NCBI GenBank assembly: GCA_029858875.1
Contig: JAOUEE010000002.1
Location: 1-40,202, forward strand
DNA: 40,202 nt
Source: Acidimicrobiia bacterium
GTDB lineage: Bacteria > Actinomycetota > Acidimicrobiia > Acidimicrobiales > SHLQ01
Direction of reading: 5' to 3'
The translations under genes were made by a program, and so were the position numbers. Each line of letters starts with the position of its first letter. The stretch's first letter is position 1. This document shows positions 37,139 to 40,202 of this stretch, piece by piece. The notes under the pieces are model-generated. The model was not told where the DNA came from, did not search any database, and was given only the letters and a program-made list of their open reading frames with translations.

Positions 37139-38695
37139 TCAGGATGCGCTGATGGCCACTTCGGCCAAGCCGACGCGATGCGGCACCCGGCGAGGATCGA
37201 GGCCGGTGATCCAGACCAGGACATGATCACCGCTGGTCGGTTCGAGCCCGAGCGTGGCGGTTCCGTCGATGGTTCCGTCGGCGCGCGCCGGGCCCCAGTC
37301 GGCCAGTGCGTCGGCGTCACCGGTTCGGACGTACACCTCGACGGTCCACTGCTGGTGGGTCGATGCCAGTTCGATGGCTTCGACGGTGGCGACGCGGTCG
37401 AGGGCGAGGATCAGCCCCACGCCGCTCTTCAGGTTGCCGAACGCCGGAGACGAGTAACTCTCGGTCGTCCACTCGGTGTCCAGGTTGCCGTCGCTGGCCA
37501 GCGGCACCAGTTCCTCGTGTTCGCTGGGCGGCGAGCCGGTGCCCTGCGGGTCGAACGAGCGCGAAGCCGTGAATCGGACATCGGCCGAGACGTCCGGGGC
37601 CGAAGACGCGGATGGGACGCCCGAGTCGGCCGCCTCGGCCGCCCCGATGGCGTCGCGGACCCGGTCGTACAGCCGGGCTCCCGTGGTGGTCTGCCCCAGC
37701 AGGACCCCGGCCACCGCCAGCGCCATGGCGATGATGAGCACCAGGACGGTGGGGACCAACCACGTGCGTTCGGACTCGGTGAACGACGGCGCATGGTTGG
37801 CCGCCAGGACCAGGGTGGGCTGGTCGGCGTGCTCGTCGGTCGGTGCTCGTAGCGCCGCGGACAGGGCCAGGCGGAAGTCCTCGGCGGTGGCGAAGCGGTC
37901 GGCCGGGTCACGGGCGAGGCCCCGTCCGATCACCTGCACCAACGGCGCGGGCAGATCGGGACAGAGCTTGTCGATCGGCACGGGGTCGCGTTGCAGGCGG
38001 GCGAGGGCCATGGCCATGTCGTTGGGCCCGTCGAAGGGGGGCCGCCCGCTGAGTGCCTCGTACAGGACTGCGGTGAGCGCATAGACGTCGGTGCGGGCAT
38101 CGGCGACATCACCCCGCACCTGCTCGGGCGCGAGGTAGCGGGCCGTCCCCATCAGCGTTCCGGTGGCGGTCAGATCGGGACTGGTGGAGGCCTTGGCGAT
38201 GCCGAAGTCGGCGATCAGGATCTGGTCGTGGGGCCCCAACAGGAGGTTGGCCGGCTTGATGTCGCGGTGGATGATCCCCTGACGATGGGCCGCCTCGAGG
38301 GCGTCGGCCACGGTCAACGCGATGGGAGCGATCACCTCGATGGGCAGGCGCCCCTGTTCGTCGAGTCGTTGGCGGAGGGTCTGGCCGGGGACGTACTGCA
38401 TGACCAGCGCATCGAGGCCGTCGGTGTCGATCGTGTCGTACATCGACACGATGGCTGGATGCACGACCCGGGCCGAGGCCACGGCTTCATTGCGGAAGCG
38501 CTCCACGAACACCGCGTCGGCGCTGAGGTGGTGGTGGAGGATCTTGACCGCCACCGTCCGGTCGAGGATGAGATCGGTGGCCTCCCAGACATGGGCCATG
38601 CCCCCGGCGGCGATGAGTCGGTCCAGGCGATAGCGCCCGGCGAGGACGTGGCCGGTGAGTTGTGCCGCCAGCGACAGTGGCGGGACCTCCGTCAT
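37139..38695 (-). CDS. Ser/Thr protein kinase with a single TM and an extracellular discoidin (F5/8 type C)-like domain
   Basis: It retains all the Hanks catalytic motifs (VAVKIL, HRDIKPANLL, ADFGIAKA, YLAPEQ). The TM helix is WLVPTVLVLIIAMALAVAGVLLG. The ectodomain carries DGNLDTEWTT, typical of discoidin/CBM-like domains. Confidence 0.9.
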   Translation of the reverse strand: MTEVPPLSLAAQLTGHVLAGRYRLDRLIAAGGMAHVWEATDLILDRTVAVKILHHHLSADAVFVERFRNEAVASARVVHPAIVSMYDTIDTDGLDALVMQYVPGQTLRQRLDEQGRLPIEVIAPIALTVADALEAAHRQGIIHRDIKPANLLLGPHDQILIADFGIAKASTSPDLTATGTLMGTARYLAPEQVRGDVADARTDVYALTAVLYEALSGRPPFDGPNDMAMALARLQRDPVPIDKLCPDLPAPLVQVIGRGLARDPADRFATAEDFRLALSAALRAPTDEHADQPTLVLAANHAPSFTESERTWLVPTVLVLIIAMALAVAGVLLGQTTTGARLYDRVRDAIGAAEAADSGVPSASSAPDVSADVRFTASRSFDPQGTGSPPSEHEELVPLASDGNLDTEWTTESYSSPAFGNLKSGVGLILALDRVATVEAIELASTHQQWTVEVYVRTGDADALADWGPARADGTIDGTATLGLEPTSGDHVLVWITGLDPRRVPHRVGLAEVAISAS

Positions 38696-38740
38696 GGGTC
38701 AGACGTTAGAGGCCGTCCGCTCGAGTCGGACGGCACGGGG

Positions 38741-39583
38741 TCAGGGAGCCAGGACGTAGGCCACGCCCATCACGCCAGGACCCCCGTGGGTTCCGATCAC
38801 CGCACCGATCGGGCCCACCCGCAGATCTTCGACGTCGGTGACTTCGCTGAGGAGGTCGCGGAAGGTGTCGGCGTCGTCGGCCATGCTGTGCATGATCGCC
38901 AACTTCTCGATCTTGGTTTCGCTGGCCACCTTGTCACGGAGCCAGGCGAGGGACTTCTTGCGGGTCCGTACCTTGCCCGCTTCCTCCACCTCACCACTCG
39001 ACAGATCGAGTGCCGGCTTGATGGACAACATCGAACCGAGCAGTGCCTGGGCGTTGCCGATCCGGCCACCCTTCTTGAGGTTCTCGAGCGTGTCGAGCAC
39101 GCCGTACACACGGGTGCGAGCGCTCAGGTCCTCGACCAGCGCTTCGATCTCGTCGGCCGTCGCCCCGGTGGCTGCGGCCTGGGCGGCCGCCAGCACCATG
39201 GCGCCCAGCCCGGCGGTGATGGAACGCGAGTCGATGACCCGGATGTCGGGGTCACCCTCGAGTTCCTTGACTGCGGTCTCGGCCGCTTGCATGGTCGCAG
39301 ACAGCGCGGCGGACAAGTTGATGCACACGATGGCCTCGGCGCCGTCGTCGAGGAGGCGCTGGAACACCTCGGCGAACTTGCCGGGTGCCGGGGCCGAGGT
39401 CTCGGGTAGGTGGTCGGACTCGGCCAGCCGGCGATAGAACTCGGCGATGCTGAGCTCGACCCGGTCGACGAACTCCTCGTCACCGAATCGAATCGTCAGC
39501 GGCACCATCTCGATGCCGTATTCGGTGAGCTCCTCGTCGGTGAGGTCACAGGCGCTGTCGGTGACGATGCGGATACCGCTCAT
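38741..39583 (-). CDS. DegV family fatty-acid-binding protein
   Basis: From ATG 39581-39583 (GGAGA SD upstream) the sequence reads IRIVTDSACDL......SAPAPG.F...........I.CINLSAALSAT.Q.A. This is the DegV pattern. 280 aa. Confidence 0.9.
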   Translation of the reverse strand: MSGIRIVTDSACDLTDEELTEYGIEMVPLTIRFGDEEFVDRVELSIAEFYRRLAESDHLPETSAPAPGKFAEVFQRLLDDGAEAIVCINLSAALSATMQAAETAVKELEGDPDIRVIDSRSITAGLGAMVLAAAQAAATGATADEIEALVEDLSARTRVYGVLDTLENLKKGGRIGNAQALLGSMLSIKPALDLSSGEVEEAGKVRTRKKSLAWLRDKVASETKIEKLAIMHSMADDADTFRDLLSEVTDVEDLRVGPIGAVIGTHGGPGVMGVAYVLAP

Positions 39584-39687
39584 GGTTGTGTCTCCAATCC
39601 CCTCCATCGGAGGCGCGGCGTACTGTAGCGGGCGCACGAACCCGGCCTGGCCGGTCTGGGGGTCTGACCCGGGTGGTCCACGGATCG

Positions 39688-40202
39688 TTACGCGTGTCGT
39701 CGGCGCCACACCTGGCGGGCCCACCAGGTGATCAACACGGCCAGCGCGACCACGGAGATGATGACCCCCAGTCCCGACAGGACGGTGGAGCGGACCGTCA
39801 CCTGAGCCGGCTCTCCCAGGCGGAGGCGGTCGTCGGGGGAGCGGGGGGTGATCTCGAGTACGGCGTCGCCGCTGGTGCGGGCTCTGACCGGGATCTCGAC
39901 GGTGGACGTTCCGGGCTCGAGCATGATCTCCAGCCGGTCGCCGTCGGGGAAGTCGAGCTTGTCGGACTGGAGCACCAGGAGGATCTGTGCCGTCACGCCG
40001 AGGTCGTTGACCAACAGCACGGGAACGTCGGCCTGTCGGGCCGTCAGGCTCACCGACTGCTCGGTCTGGGTCCGGACCGCGTTGTTCGATCGCGCCAGTT
40101 CGGTGCGTACCGCCTCGAGATAGGCCTGCCGGTCCTGGTGGTCGAATTCAGCGGCGCCGACGACGATCAGGAGATCACGGAGGGGAGCGGTGAGGGGTCC
40201 GT
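39688..40202 (-). CDS. C-terminal part of a larger membrane-anchored protein (C-terminal TM anchor; possibly DUF6049/Rv3909-like)
   Basis: I checked that the reading frame stays open from 40053 to the window end, so the ORF-track GTG start is internal. It ends with the TM anchor LSGLGVIISVVALAVLITWW followed by RRRHA. Confidence 0.6.
   Translation of the reverse strand, partial: GPLTAPLRDLLIVVGAAEFDHQDRQAYLEAVRTELARSNNAVRTQTEQSVSLTARQADVPVLLVNDLGVTAQILLVLQSDKLDFPDGDRLEIMLEPGTSTVEIPVRARTSGDAVLEITPRSPDDRLRLGEPAQVTVRSTVLSGLGVIISVVALAVLITWWARQVWRRRHA

Overview
High-GC (roughly 68-70% by eye) chromosomal replication-origin region with actinobacterial-type synteny. The core runs leftward on the minus strand as dnaA, dnaN, recF, DUF721/DciA-like, gyrB, gyrA, a small TadE-like gene, a DUF3566 membrane protein and tRNA-Ile(GAU). 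It runs rightward on the plus strand as rpmH, rnpA, yidD, yidC, jag, rsmG, two parS sites, parA and parB. Next comes a minus-strand block: CwlM-like amidase, trxA, trxB, a membrane protein, an anti-sigma factor, an ECF sigma factor, a Ser/Thr kinase, DegV and a partial membrane-anchored protein. Gene order closely follows what I recall of M. tuberculosis Rv3909 to Rv0007. The left 16 kb holds ordinary metabolic and housekeeping genes: an OYE flavoreductase, a Ccr-like MDR reductase, an SDR, DUF2889-like and SnoaL-like proteins, a COG0523 GTPase, an amidohydrolase, an alpha/beta hydrolase, a split B12-dependent acyl-CoA mutase with MeaB, a PlsC-type acyltransferase, a frameshifted DUF1295 gene, an IMPase-family protein, a FliA/WhiG sigma factor and a saccharopine-dehydrogenase-like protein. 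I see no transposase, integrase, phage gene, CRISPR array, toxin-antitoxin pair or recognisable defence gene. I do not find convincing evidence for a novel multi-gene system. The points most worth a second look are: (1) the oriC architecture in the dnaA-dnaN spacer, with tandem DnaA boxes, a GC cluster, TAG/CTA trios and nested palindromes; (2) mutase specificity residues of the isobutyryl-CoA-mutase type rather than the methylmalonyl type; (3) a DUF1295 gene with two to three frameshifts in an otherwise clean window; (4) an orphan TadE-like gene inside the gyrBA operon; (5) a stand-alone, apparently active Ser/Thr kinase with a discoidin-like ectodomain where mycobacteria carry a MurJ-pseudokinase fusion; (6) a CwlM-like amidase lacking its zinc-ligand histidines. 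All family assignments come from reading the translations and from memory of the families; no database search was run.
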